Below, piece after piece: positions 13,453-26,720 of a stretch of 64,000 nucleotides of DNA (its first letter is position 1; each line of letters begins with the position of its first letter). The stretch covers positions 1,786,927-1,850,926 of the forward strand of contig MU053513.1 in NCBI GenBank assembly GCA_013239625.1. Direction: 5' to 3'. The notes under the pieces were generated by a model that was not told the DNA's origin, did no database searches, and was given only the letters and a program-made list of their open reading frames with translations. Both the position numbers and the translations under genes were made by a program. This DNA comes from Lama guanicoe. Lineage: Eukaryota.

Positions 13453-16179
13453 AAATAACATCTTGGTTCTAGACATAAATCCAAAATAACTGCTCACTTT
13501 CTAGTATACCAGAAATGATTTATTTCTACTTGCCATCAGCATTTGGCATCAGTGACCATGATCTAACAAAAAATTTAAAACTATTCTTACTCTATTTTTT
13601 CTTCCAAATCCATTTACATTCCTCCAAAATAATCATGAAAAATTGGAACATTCCAATGCCGCCTCAGATTTTTTCCCTTCACAAACTATAAAAATTATTC
13701 TCTTCAGTAATGTCTCTATTACAGGCATTGCTAAATTTTTGTTTCTTTCCATTTCTATGTTTTTCCCCTCTTGAACCATAGCTCCAGTGTTCATAGCAAC
13801 CAAATGAGATTCGGGGCAAAAATAACAAAAACCAGATCTTGGAATTTGGACGCTAAACATCTAATAACAAATGAATTCTAAAAACAGCACTATGAAGAAC
13901 ATCTTATTTTTCATTATATTTTATAAACTGCCATGACCTCACTATCAAAAAAACGCTTCTTAGATTAAACATAAAAGTTAGTATTTCCTGTATAAGCAAA
14001 TATAAGATAACAAAATTAAGACTTCCACTAAAGAAAACAATCTGCTAACACAGGCCTAGTCACAGCAAAGTGATCCTGCGTTCTTAAATTGTCAGGTTTA
14101 CTATACCCTACCTGGGGCACTGAAGTTAGAGAACTCAGGAGACGTAAGTACAAAATTAAAACTACTCTGTCAGATATATAATGTGCCTTATTAATATGAA
14201 TTCAAATATAATATAAATCAATTCACTTTTATTAAGACTCAAGTTCTATTTCTATTTTATGAATTATTTTTGCATAAAAGACCCATTGCAATTTGCAGTC
14301 ATAATCTCATGAAAAAAGAAATCCTTCCATGACAAAAATAAGCAAATTTCCCAGGGAAAGATTTTATCACAAGTAATCCAGATGACACAAGGTCTGAAAG
14401 TCTCTACTATGCCTCCCACCTATGACTTCTCATTTTGTTACTTTTTTCTCCCCCAGAGGAAAGTCAGTTACTTCCTCTATCATTGCCTGGGACACCGAAA
14501 ATACAGCATCTCAGGATCCCAAGGCTCCGAGCTGCTTTTTGAGATGATACAGTCCATGTCCTTATCTCTAGGCAAAATGAAAACTTTATCCTATGCATTC
14601 AACATGAATTGAGTACCAACTTATGGGCCAAACACTGAGAATGCACAGAAAGGAATAAGACACTGCCCCTTGTGCTCAGATTTCACAATCCTCCCCACTC
14701 CATAACCGGATGCCACTGTTTAATGTTCTTGTCCAGTTTCCCCTCCTCATCTAATGTTCTCTGGAGACAGAGTTATTTAGTCACACACAAGTCTCCTGCT
14801 CCATAAACCTTACTTCCCATTACTCAGCATAAATTTCTTACTAGAAATTGATTCCTCTAACACAGTACTTACCACACCATTTTTGGGAGGGGTCAGGGGG
14901 TGCTCTAAGAGCCTCATTGAGATTCTAAGCTCACTAAGGGCAGGGACTATGTCTAGATCCTCTCACCACTTTATATCTTGACTGAAACAGAGTAAGACAA
15001 TTAATGTATTTTGAATAAACATCTCTGATAACTGGAACACAACACATATCACAGGCTAACTGTAAACTTTGGACAAATGGGGGTAAATTATCTTCCTCAA
15101 GAGGTTTCTGTGAAAGGAGATAACATATGTAAAGTAATATGTGACATACAGCAGGCGTTCAAAAATGTGCACTTATTATTTTATTTTAATTTTGTAAAAC
15201 TTTTTAAACAAACACCTTATTTTGAAATAACTTTGGATTTATAGAAAAGTTGCAAAGACAGTAGAGAAAGTTCCCATGATACTTTTTTTCTGACACTAAC
15301 ATCTTACATAATCATAGTACTCTTGTCAGAACTAAGAAATTAACATTAGTACAATATTAACTAAATTGGAGACTTTCTGCTACTTTCACCAGTATTTCCA
15401 CTAATGTTCTTTTTCTATTTCAGAACCAAGTCAGGATATCACACTGCATTTAGACAGATTTCTATTTTTAAGTGCTTAGCTAATTCTTAGACTTTCTTGT
15501 TTAAAATTCTGAATTTGTAGAATCAACAAAACTACTTACCACTTCATATTGTGGTTTTCAACTGAAACACAGGGTCAGTTTGTCTTAATATGACACATAG
15601 TAATATACCAAAGTAAATCTTAAGAAAACCACAGAAGCAAAAGAGACTTAGGTATTCTGCTTAGAGTATTTATTCTTTAAATGAAAGAAAAAATATTTGG
15701 AAAATATACCATTCCTTAAATAGATGACACAGGAAAATAAAATAGGAGTTAACATTTATTGGGGTGCTCACTCATCTTTCCTGTGTGCCAGACGCAATGC
15801 TTTTCATCCCTTTTATAGATGATACAAATTGGCTTTAAAGAGGTCAAGTAATTTGTCAAAGATCACACAATTCCATGGTGATGGAATGTGAATCAAAATG
15901 CATCACACATGTGTTTAAATTCATGAATGCCATGCATCGTGTGTTGAAATTACTTCGGTCACACTGATGATAGTTAACTGTAGAAATGAATCACATCCAA
16001 CAAGGATTGTCAATTTTTGGAAGCTGAACTAATGAACAAAAATTTTCATATGTTTTTCTTCATAAAAAATGTCAGTACAATTCTAAAGCTACAGAGCTGT
16101 CCAAACAAGAACTCTAAGCTTTTCCTTCGTCTTTTCTTGGTGCTTTGATGCTATTCAAACTACAGCCTGCTCTCTTAGT

Positions 16180-16400
16180 ACAGGAACAACCAACTTTTTT
16201 GGTAAAAGCCAGGTAGTAAATATTTTAGGCTTGTGGAACATACGGTCTCTATTGCAACCACTTAACTCTGCTGTTGTAGCACAAAAATAGTCATACATAA
16301 TAAATTAACAAACAAGGTTGGCTGTGTTCTAATAAAACTTCACTTACAAATAAAGGTGGTGACTTGATTTGGCCCATAGGCTATAGTTTGCTGACTCATC
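16180..16400. mobile_element. MER58A-like hAT DNA transposon relic
   Basis: Motifs agtaaatattttaggcttgtgg, ggctgtgttctaataaaactt and gatttggcccatagg...tagtttgctgac, recognised from memory. Confidence 0.75.
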
Positions 16401-16871
16401 TTACTGCATTTCATGACATGGAATGAGTTTTCGATACTCAATATCATGACAGAATAGACAATTTATCCTTAAGTTTACCTGCAATGACTCTTTGTATTAT
16501 TATTTTTTTAATATTCCATGAAACAAAGTGGACAACAGTCCTAGCCTCAGAAAATTATTCCTAGGATTAAAAAGCATGTAGTAGCAGAATCAGTTTGGGC
16601 AAAAGATACAAAAATAATTCATAAAAGATATAAAATGCTAGTGTAGTTTTTCAAATATAATACTCTGATTTCTAAGCTGTGAAAAACAGGTATTGCCAAA
16701 TATTACTGGTGAGCTTGTCCACCAGTACAAAACAATACTGTCCTTATGAAAGGAAATTTAGCACTATTAAAATTTAAATGCATTTACTCTCTGACCCAGA
16801 AATTCAAAGTCTAAAAATTTACCCTATATCTGTACCTAAGTGAAATGAACTAGATCGAGACTATTCATTAT

Positions 16872-16947
16872 AGCACTGTTCACGATGAACATGATAAAAA
16901 AAAAAAACCAGCACTGTTCACGATGAACATGATAAAAAAAAAAAACC
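16872..16947. repeat. Perfect 38-bp tandem duplication
   Basis: agcactgttcacgatgaacatgat-A12-cc occurs twice, identically. Confidence 0.95.
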
Positions 16948-18259
16948 AAATGTTCATCTTTAGAAACATCATGTAGCCATAGGGGAAAAAAAGAAAAAGA
17001 AGATCTACATATATTATATGAAAAAAATCTCCAGGAAATATTTTAAATACAAAAAGGCAAGAACATAGGTGGTACACTACTTTCTATAAGAAAGAGTAAT
17101 TTGTGACAACGTGGATATACATTTAAGGCATTATGCTAAGTGAAATAAGTCAGACAGAGAAGATAAATACTATATGATCTCATTTATACATAGACTCTAA
17201 AAAATTTTTAAAAATTTAAACCTGAGCCCACAGATACAGAGAACAGACTGGTGGTTGCCAGAGGCGGGGGGTAAGGGTTGGGCAAAATGAAGGGGGTCAA
17301 AAGGCACAAACTTGCAGTTACAAAATAAGTAAGTCCTGAGGGTGTGGGGAAAAAAAAAAAAAGAGGAGAAGGTAAGAATATATAATTGCTGATACCTGAA
17401 TAAAGAAACCCTGAAAGATATTCAAGTAATATAAATGGTTACCCACAGAAAGTGGATAGGAATTGAGATAGAATAAAACACATATATGTATGTACATATG
17501 TGTGTGTGTGTGTGTGTAGTTTTGAATTCTGAACCATGTAAATGTATTAGCTATTCAAATAATAAATTTTAAAGAATAGTATTACTTTAGGATCTCTGTA
17601 AGAATTAAATGAGTTTGTAAATGTACCTAATAAAAAAAGTCCAAAACAGTACTCAACACAGTGGGTTCTGCTATGTCCTGTGCTGTTTTTTCTAAATGTC
17701 ACCCAAAATGTATGATAACTTAAGCAAGTAAAAAAATAAATATCAAACACTTAGACTCAATATTTTCATCTCTAGGAATCTATCTTAATAAAAATCTAAA
17801 AATTGGACAAAGATTTGTATATAAATAATGAACTGTTGACACAACTGCAAAACTCAAAAATAGAGAAATATTCAATAAACTATAGTACACCTGTATTTAT
17901 AAAGCATTTTTAATGACAAAAAAATGCTCAAAATATACAATTTTATAATGTCAAATGAGGGGGACAGGGCAGTGGGGATGGGAAGTGAAGGATTAGGGAC
18001 AGAGACATATGCAGAAATAAAAGACCTATGGAAAGTATAGCCAACAAGCTTTTATAAAGGGATTGTTGGCAATTTTATTTTCTCTCCAATTCTCTTCTGC
18101 ATTTTTAAAATTTGCTTTTAAGCATGTAATCCTGAAAAAGGAAAAGAAAAAAAAAGAAAAGAGAGAAAATGGGTTTTGAGATCAAAGAAATGCAAGTTCA
18201 AATCTCATATATATGCAGTTTTAGACAAGCTAATTAAGCTCTTAAAAAGTTAGCAGATC

Positions 18260-18426
18260 TTGTATAGCACAGAGAAATATATACAAGATCCTGTGGTAGC
18301 TCACAGAGAAAAAAATATGACAATGAATATATGTATGTTCATGTATAACTGAAAAATTGTGCTCTACACTGGAATTTGACACAACATTATAAAATGACTA
18401 TATCCCAATAAAAAAAAGTTTAAAAA
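18260..18426 (+). mobile_element. Severely 5'-truncated young L1 3' end inserted within a MIR-like SINE
   Basis: Perfect 16-bp TSD aaaaagttagcagatc at 18244-18259 and 18427-18442. The body resembles the L1 tail at 12920-13070 and ends in AATAAA plus an A tail. Confidence 0.82.
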
Positions 18427-18799
18427 AAAAAGTTAGCAGATCCATAAAATGGAGATGATATCCTAATTCCAGGGTTATTTTGAGGATTAGAGACATATGT
18501 AAAAAAGATTTAACTAATGTCTTAAACATAGTGAACACTAAGTAGTAATTATCACTCTCGTATATCTTATTTGTGTAACATCCTATCCTAGCTATGTAAA
18601 ACTATATTTCATCCCTCTAAGATACTATTCATTTTAAGATGTAAACAAGTTTTAGAAATGTTGAAATGTGGAAAATGATCACCTTAGATTTGATGAAATT
18701 TAAGTTTACTGAACTAAATACTACTTTCTACACATCTTTTTATTTCTACTATGGAGTACAAATTGCATTAGAAACAAATATTAAAAATAAAAGGACTAT

Positions 18800-19630
18800 T
18801 TCCATATGAGATATACAAATGGATAGAAAGCACGTGAAAATATGCTCAACGTGGCTAATCATTAGGGAAATACAAGTCAAAACCACAATGAGATGCCAAC
18901 TCACTCCCATTAAAGTGGCTACTATTAAAGAAACAGAAAATGAGTGTTGGCAAGCATGTGAAGTAACTGGAACCCTTGTGCAGTGCTGGTAGAAATAAAA
19001 AATGGTACAACCACTATGGTAAACAGCATGGTAATTCCACAAAAAATAAAAAATAGAATTACCATATGATCCAGCAATTTCATTTCTGGGAATATACCCA
19101 AAAGAATTGAAGCAGGAATTTTAATAGATATTGATACAGCCATGTTCACAGCAGCATTATTCACAAAAGCCAGAAGGCAGAAGCAACCCAAGTGTTCAGC
19201 AAAGGGTCAATGAATAAACAAAATGTGGTATATACATAAAAATCTAATGTGATTCAACATGGAAAAAGAAGGAAATTCGGACATGCTACAACATGGATGC
19301 ACTTTGAAAGTATTATGCTACGTGAAATAAGCCAGACACAAAAAGACAAATACTACATAAAACCCCATTTAGGAGGTACCGAAGGTACCTAGAGTAGTCA
19401 AATTCATGAGACAGAAAATAGAATGGTGGCTGCCAGCAGCCGGTGGGAGGGAGAAGGAAGAACTGCTGTTCAGTAGCACTAGAGTTCTAGTTCTGCAAGA
19501 TGAAAAGAGTTCTGAAGACTGGTTTGCACAACAGTGTCAATGTACCTAACGCTACGGAACTACACATTTAAAAATGGTTAAAATGGTAAATTTCATGTTA
19601 TGTATATTACCACAATAAAATAAAATTAAA
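18800..19630 (+). mobile_element. L1 (L1MB-like) 3' fragment
   Basis: aaaaccacaatgagat..., accatatgatccagcaatt..., ending accacaataaaa. Confidence 0.8.
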
Positions 19631-19943
19631 ATTAGAGGATTACAATAGTGAGAATAAGTCTATTTGAATGACAGAATTCTCTGAAAATAATTGTAACAGA
19701 CTGTATAAATTCACTGTGTAAATTCAAATTTTTAAAGTAATATAATCCCCTTTCAAGAGTTATAAATATGAAAACAACAAAAAAAATGAAATAAATAAAA
19801 ATCAAGTAAGTTTTAAACTACTTTAATAAACACTCTGAACCATTTAAAACCCCAAATGAAACTTAAATACTGTAAACACAATATGCTATGAGCAATAAAC
19901 TTATTATTCAACTTTGTATTTGTTTCCTTTTTTTTTTTTTTAC

Positions 19944-20042
19944 CTGGCAGAGAGAATAGTACCAAGACAGAGGAAGATCAAAGACTCTTAGCGCTGCTGT
20001 CTTCAAGGAAAACTGTGATTTGCTTACTGTTTCTTCTGACAT
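19944..20042 (-). CDS. MIGA1: MIGA1 exon 2 coding part with the first in-frame ATG (whole exon 19944-20057)
   Basis: ATG at 20042-20040 begins 33 codons, MSEETVSKSQFSLKTAALRVFDLPLSWYYSLCQ. Donor cag|gtaaaa at 19943 and acceptor aag| at 20058-20059. Phase 0 joins exon 3. Too short to appear in the ORF track. Confidence 0.93.
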
Positions 20043-22539
20043 GACTCCTCTTCTAATCTTCATTAAATGAAACATAAAAATACATTAGCCGCGAAGATTT
20101 TTGGTTACTCTACCAAATGAAACATACAAATTGAAAATACCAACTTTTTTTTCCCACAGATAATTAATCACATTACACTTACATGAAGAAAACAGCATTC
20201 TGAGTCAAATTTACTTGAGCTAAAAGTTTCTTTATCTCTAAAGTAGCCAAAAAGAAAATGAATTAGATTTGAACTTTGAGTTGAAGTAGTAGATATTCCT
20301 TAGAAAACTGCAGGTTCTAGTTTCTTTTCTGGTTAACTAAATGTTTCAGCTTTTAAATAGTAATTTAAAATACTTCTCTTCTCACTTATTTTCCTCAAAT
20401 AACAGCAGGGGTGGTAGGGGGTGCAGTACTCAAAGGAATCTGATTGGAATCATGACTCCTGGGTCTAGAGAGGAACCTCAGAGCTCATTGAACTTCAGAA
20501 CGCATACAGTTATTCATCTACTGTCCCATTTTACAGCCCTTGAAAGAAATGTCACACATATGCTATGAAATTTTTAAAAATTTTTGATGCCTATTTCTAC
20601 TGAAGTCAAAAAAAGAAAAGTCAAGTGTCTACAGAGAAGGCAGCTGTCACTGAGAGAGGTCCTTACAGGTAGCAGAACCTTGATAGAAATATGATGGTTC
20701 AGGGACTGAGTCTATGTTTTGTAGAGCCAAAAACTCAGTTTTATCAATGTACCCTGTTGCATACACACTAAACAAATTCACAGAGCACTGATGTATAAAT
20801 TAGTTCACATATTTATTCATTTATAATAAAGAAATTACACTCTCTAGTGAAAGAATACTTTTAAAGGCTATCAAAATATACACTCTCAGAAATAAGTAAT
20901 TGTAGGGAGTTGAATTAAGTAGAAAGACTGGGTGCTGAGCACAAAATTAATGGGTCCTGATGAATACTTCATACAGGTTAAGAAAAACCCTGAGAACTCC
21001 TGTATACAAGAGTAAGCTTCTCCACTACCCAGAATGGTGATGCCTACCAAATTTAATATTTCTTTTTCTTGGATAGTGCTGTACAGACTCTACCAAAGAG
21101 AAAAATAAAATTACCAACAATTCTTCTAAAACAGCTTATTTACTATATTTTCTTTCTTTTTTTTTTTTTCGCTATAGTTTTAGACTAACCCCTTTCGTTA
21201 ACACCCGCCATTATTACAGACAAATATTAAAACCATTGACTAAGTAGTAGTTTCCTTTCACATCAAACACAATAATACCTGTTAGGATGGGTGATCGCTA
21301 CTGATACTTAACCTTATTCCTTATTAGTGACAGTCACAGAGTGTAAACTTAAATCCGCCTCACGCATATCCTAATCGCAATTTTTCGTCTCAGTATAATT
21401 AGTTCTAATTGAAGTACATTTATTCCAACCAAAAAACTGTGATATAGACATATTATTGAGAAATACAAAGGAAATAAAGAAGAATCAGTTAAACAAGTGA
21501 AATGGTCCTCTAAGGAATGAGACGAGGCGTGGAGGGAGGTCGGGAGGGATCCACTTTCATTATAAATGCTTCTGTAATATTTGATTTTTTTTAACAAGTG
21601 CCTACATGTATTACTTTTCTTAAATGCTACACAAAAAAAGTGGGGGGAAGCACATTTACCCCCACCAAAAAACTGACAACTTTTTTTTAAGAAATGTTTT
21701 TAGTAATTAAATAGATTCCGGATGGTTAAAGCTATCCATGCTACTGCATTAAAAAAAAAAAAAACTGAAACCAATTCATCCAAAGTGATTTTCTCCATTA
21801 TAGAGTTCCAAATTTTTAAGCAGAGGAGAAAGAAAAAACAGCAAACACTTCAACTTGATGCAGGGGTTTCCTTAAAAGAACTCTAACAAATGTCTATTTT
21901 TACATTGTAATCACCTCATTCCCTTTCATTTAAAATCACTGAGGAAGTGATCCAAATTTAATCATTAATAACTGAATAGCTTTTTAAAATCTAGTCATTT
22001 CAGTTGCTTTCATAAGTATTAATTAAAATAAACATGAAGTCACTTTCATGATTATTCAGATTTGCAGAGGGGGTTAAAATGTCACCAAAAATATAGTACT
22101 CCATATTACTCGCTTCTCTCCATTCTAATCACTGAGAGTTAAAAATAAGTGTCATAATTAGAGTTTGCTTCTTAAACACCCTAAAATTCTACCTGTAAGT
22201 TGGACTTTATAAATCCAAGCAAGAATGAAAGTCTAAAATACCCCGAAAATTTTGATGTGAAACAAAAATCTATACAACCGAACTCTGAAAAGATACTTTA
22301 AATACAGCAAAAACGCTTACTTGCAATAATGATAAATAATAATAATAAAGCTCTATGCATGAGCAAGACCTTTGGAGTCCTCTATCCAGAAAAGGTTTAA
22401 CAACTTTATTTACAGAAGGGCTCAGACGCCACAAACCTCCCGATGCCAAATTATTCTCTGAAAGCACCTTCAAAGAAAGCGTAATCTCCCTCATCCAAAA
22501 ACCACTCCCCCCGCTCAAACCACTGACATTCCCGCAGAA

Positions 22540-23130
22540 ATTTGGACCACAGTAGCTGCCCCACCTGCCGCAGGACTCCCCCACCCCCACCGCGCCCTCC
22601 TCTGCGGGCTTCCTTTCTCTTTACCAAGAGGACCAGAAAAAGGGTCCCCTCTCCGCTTGGCCGCCCAGACCCCAGCGCGGACTCCGAGCGGTCGCAAGCC
22701 CAACCTGATTTAGCGCTCTGGAAGGTCCCCGCTCCGGCTTTCCGTGCCTCCACCCGCACTCGGGGTCCAGAGGGCCCAGGCCGGCGCTCCAGCCACCACT
22801 CCACGCCCTGCCGCCTCTGCCCCGCGGCGGTCCGGACCCCACCCGCCCCCTCCACCCGCGTACCTGGAGCTCCAGGCCAGGTGCAACCGACCCGAGCCTG
22901 CTTCCCCGCCGCAGCCCGGCGCTGAGCCACAGCCTGGCCTCGGGGGCGGAGTCCTTCCGGGGTCAGGAGTGGGAAGGTGGAGAGAAAGTGGCGGGGGCCT
23001 CCTGGCCTTACTGCGTGAGGGTCTACGTGTGAAGCAGCTCCCGCCATTTTTGTTAAGGGCAGAGCCTCCCGCCTTGCGGAATGGATACGAAATATCGAAA
23101 GGCAGAATTGCAATTCTTTAATAGCGCTGT
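22540..23130. promoter_or_regulatory. CpG island and MIGA1 promoter (GC box about 22942, ETS-like CTTCCGG about 22954, YY1-like CCGCCATTTT 23041-23050)
   Basis: Sharp rise in GC and CpG against an AT-rich background, overlapping exon 1. Motifs read directly from the sequence. Confidence 0.88.
22864..23050 (-). other. MIGA1: MIGA1 exon 1 (apparently 5' UTR in this species; the TSS end is approximate)
   Basis: Ends ...CCT GGC CTG GAG CTC CAG|gtacgc (PGLELQ), matching the end of human exon 1 as recalled. Lies in the CpG island. Confidence 0.8.
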
Positions 23131-26100
23131 CAAGAGCTAATATCGTAGTTTGTAACCTGCCAATCTGATGAAAATTATGGAGGCTTTCCCTCCATATGTC
23201 ACTTAAATATATTGTTAAAAGAAAACAAGCTCATACATTATTAAAAGAAAAAAATACATATAATATATAGAACACAAGGTTAGATGCCCCAAACCAATCC
23301 ATGGATCCCAGATTAAGATCTTATACTACAAAAAAAAAAAAAACTACTACAGACCCTCAGCCCCTAAATGAATTAATGCTGAGGCATTCCAATCTGCTAT
23401 TAATGATGAAGTTATTATTGATTTCAATTCCTCGTTTGCTTTTCTCCATGGTTCCCACTGAATTAGGCTGCCAAAGACTAGGTCAAAGAATATGTTCAAC
23501 TATGAGGGTTTAGGCAAGATATTCACAGTTCTGAGATTCTGTCTAATACATAGCAATCTAATGGGGAGAGGGAGAGAACAAAACAGTATGCTGTTTCTAT
23601 GTGCAGTCCTGAGCCAAAACATTTTGTTAGAACTGCTGATTTTAAAACTCCAATTTCTGAGCATATTTGTGGTGAAAAGCCACAGTAATTTTGTAAGGAA
23701 GGCTAAAACACGAGGGCAAATGTTACTATTCCTATCTAAGGAACAAGAATGAACAATCCTTTCTGTTAATTTTTAAAATTCCCATTTAGTCAACTGAAAA
23801 ACAGAGAAAATGGTAATTCCAATGTGTGATGTACCAGATGAATAATAACTAAAAATGCACAGACTGAGTTCTATGTGAAAATATTTTACACTTATAAAGT
23901 AAATGGTGCTCTTGACACTTGAAGAACTTGGAATTTGTAAGGCTACGTTTGTTTGTTGCTCCATCTCCTCTCTGCTGCCTCCTCCCTATTTCCCACAACT
24001 TTCAAACATTCAGCCTAATGGGAAGAACAGTAATAATGATAACTTGAAGCAACTTTCCTATGAACACTATCTCCTTTAATTCCACAATAACCATTACACA
24101 CTGGGTATGGATTTTACTCTATAACAGGAGAGTAAGAAATATCATATTATGTTTTTTAAATCAGTGTAATTTTCTCCAAGCCTCCCTTCTCCTGTGTTAC
24201 CAAAATATTCAATCTTAATCATTATTGGGTATATCAGGCAGGGTTCTGTTAGCTAGAAGCAAAAGAAAACAGAACAAACAGTAGCTTAAACCATAGGATA
24301 GGGTGGTCCACATGGATGTTAGCAACAAATAGACACAGTCTCATATTTGAACTTGATGTCTTATGCCATCCTGACCCAAGGGAAAAAATGGGGCTTGGAT
24401 TAATTCTAAAGATCTGTCCCTCTCCCAGATAACCAAAGTCAACAAGTAATGCTCACCAAATCAGGGCTTGAAATTCATGGAATAATATTAGTTATTAGCG
24501 CTGTTCAAATATTGAAGTAGTTGCTATATCATCCATTAATGAATTTGGGGATCCTATGTGCATAGAACTGAAACAGTACTGTGGAGTCAGAATGCCAATA
24601 GTTTGAATTCTTTCTCTGACACTTACTAGATGCGTGGTCTTAAGTAAGGTACTTACCCTCATTATGCCTCAGTTTCCTCATTAGGATGTTGAGAAGGTAA
24701 ATGTAATAATACTTGTAAAGCACTAAGATTCTTAGGTAAATTTTTAACTTGGGTTACTTGTACCTCCATGGGATTCAAGGATAAAACTCTATTGCCATGT
24801 AATTAATTTCCTTTGTAATATTTTCTTTTATACATATGGAAACATTACTTTGAGAAAGGAGTCTGTTTACCTTACCAGAATGCCAAAAGGACCCATCATT
24901 GACATCAAAAAATGGTTGATAACACCCCTGGGCACATATTTCTAATGTATGTAGCATATTTAGTGGGATTTTTCCATGTCTTTTGGCAAAATTCCGAAGC
25001 TGAGAAAAGTAGATGCCAAGTGGCCTCAGCATTCTAAAAAAGGATGCTAAATCATCCAAACAGGGCATGCTAGGAGAAGGCAGCAACCCTTAGTAACACT
25101 TAGTCCTCAAGTACCTCCAGGGAATGATATGGCAGAATTGATCAAAAAATATTGGAGAATGGAAATGCCTATGAGACAATTTTCTGGAGTGCTGTGCATT
25201 TTTCCTTCTCCTCCCTGAAGAGTGCTTGCTTCGTCCATCCTACTCCCATCTTGAGCCAAGTGAAAAAGCTTTAAGAAACTCAGACAACTTGACCTCTGTG
25301 GCCTGTAGTCTATGTCACCTGGAAAAATCTAAAGGCAATAGACTATCCAAGGAGGACTTTGATAGCAGAGTAGAGGGAGGGCTGCAGTGGAAGTGGCCTA
25401 TACTGGCAAACTTGCAAGAAAAGTTTTCCTATGTATCTGTGAATGCCATATAAGGTAGCTAGGCTTGAATTATCTTAAAAGGTTGTATCTTGAAACCAGG
25501 AGCTAAGTGGACCATCTAAATCGTTAGCCACAGAAATTTTTTTTGAAGTATTAAGAAATGAAACAGTAAGAAGTCCCCTGTGAGTAGTAGGGAGGGGGAG
25601 TTACCAAAAAATTCCAGAAGAGACCTATAAGAGCCAGCACCTTGGAGTGGGTCACATGCAGAAAGCACCAAAGTCAGATTTAACCCAACTGATTAGGTAT
25701 ATCTGATATTTTATTTCAGATATTTAGGATTATCACTCTAGCTAAGACAACATATGGCCAATGTACTTCCTGAATTATTGGTGAAAACAGTGCTTATCAA
25801 GTGACAACTTTCAGCCTGACCAAAGTCTAGCATTTTGACAGTTAAAAACAATTACATTAGCTAAGTAAATGAATTCTTTTAGGTGATTCATATATCCAAT
25901 TACCTTTGTCATTAACTGCTGAAACCTGGCAGAGTCCCCAGAAATAGCTCAGGGCCTCCTTTTAAACCTACACAATGCCATAAGGCATATGCTGGCCATT
26001 GTATCTTTGTTTTTATTACGCAGGCAAAAGCGTTTGACAAGACTCCTCTAAAAGTCAGAGCTAAGCCAATCAAGGCATCTAGAACTCAGAGAATTGTTCT

Positions 26101-26149
26101 AGATGCTAATTTAGAACATCTTCTCTAAACACATCCAAATACTGCCGAT

Positions 26150-26720
26150 TCAGTTCCTGAAAATGTTAAACGTAGAGTTACCACATGACTCAGCAATTCT
26201 ACATCCAAGAGAAATGAGAACATACATCCATGTAAAAACTTGTATATGAATGTGCGTAGTAGCATTATTCATTATAGCTAAAAAATGAAAGCAACCCAAA
26301 TGTCTATCTATGGATGAATGGATAAATGAAATTGGTATATCCATATAACGAAATAGTATTTGTCCATAAAAAGGAATGAAGTACTGATACATGCTACAAC
26401 ATGGTTGGATCTTGAAAACATGCTAAGTAAAGAAGGCAGTCATAAAGCACTGCATATCCTATGATTCCATTTATATGAAACATCCAAAATAGGCAAATCT
26501 ATAAAGTATATATCATCGTCGTCCCGGGAGGGAAGGGTTGAGGGGACATGCAGGTTATTCCTAAAAGGTGTGGGACTTCTTTAGGGGGTGGCAAAATGTT
26601 CTAAACTTAGATTGTGGTGCTGGTTGTGCACTGTGTGAATATACTAAAAATTATTCATTTGTATACTCTAAATGTGTGAATTGTATAGTATGTGAATTAT
26701 ATCTCAATAAGGCTGTTACC
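26150..26720 (+). mobile_element. L1 (L1MB-like) 3' fragment
   Basis: aaaggaatgaagtactgatacatgctacaacatgg..., ending tgtgaattatatctcaataa. Confidence 0.78.

Noticed and set aside
22451..23113. 220-aa ORF and overlapping ORFs in the MIGA1 CpG island
   Set aside because: GC-rich, stop-poor sequence gives long chance ORFs in several frames. This one runs through the exon 1 donor and resembles no protein I know.
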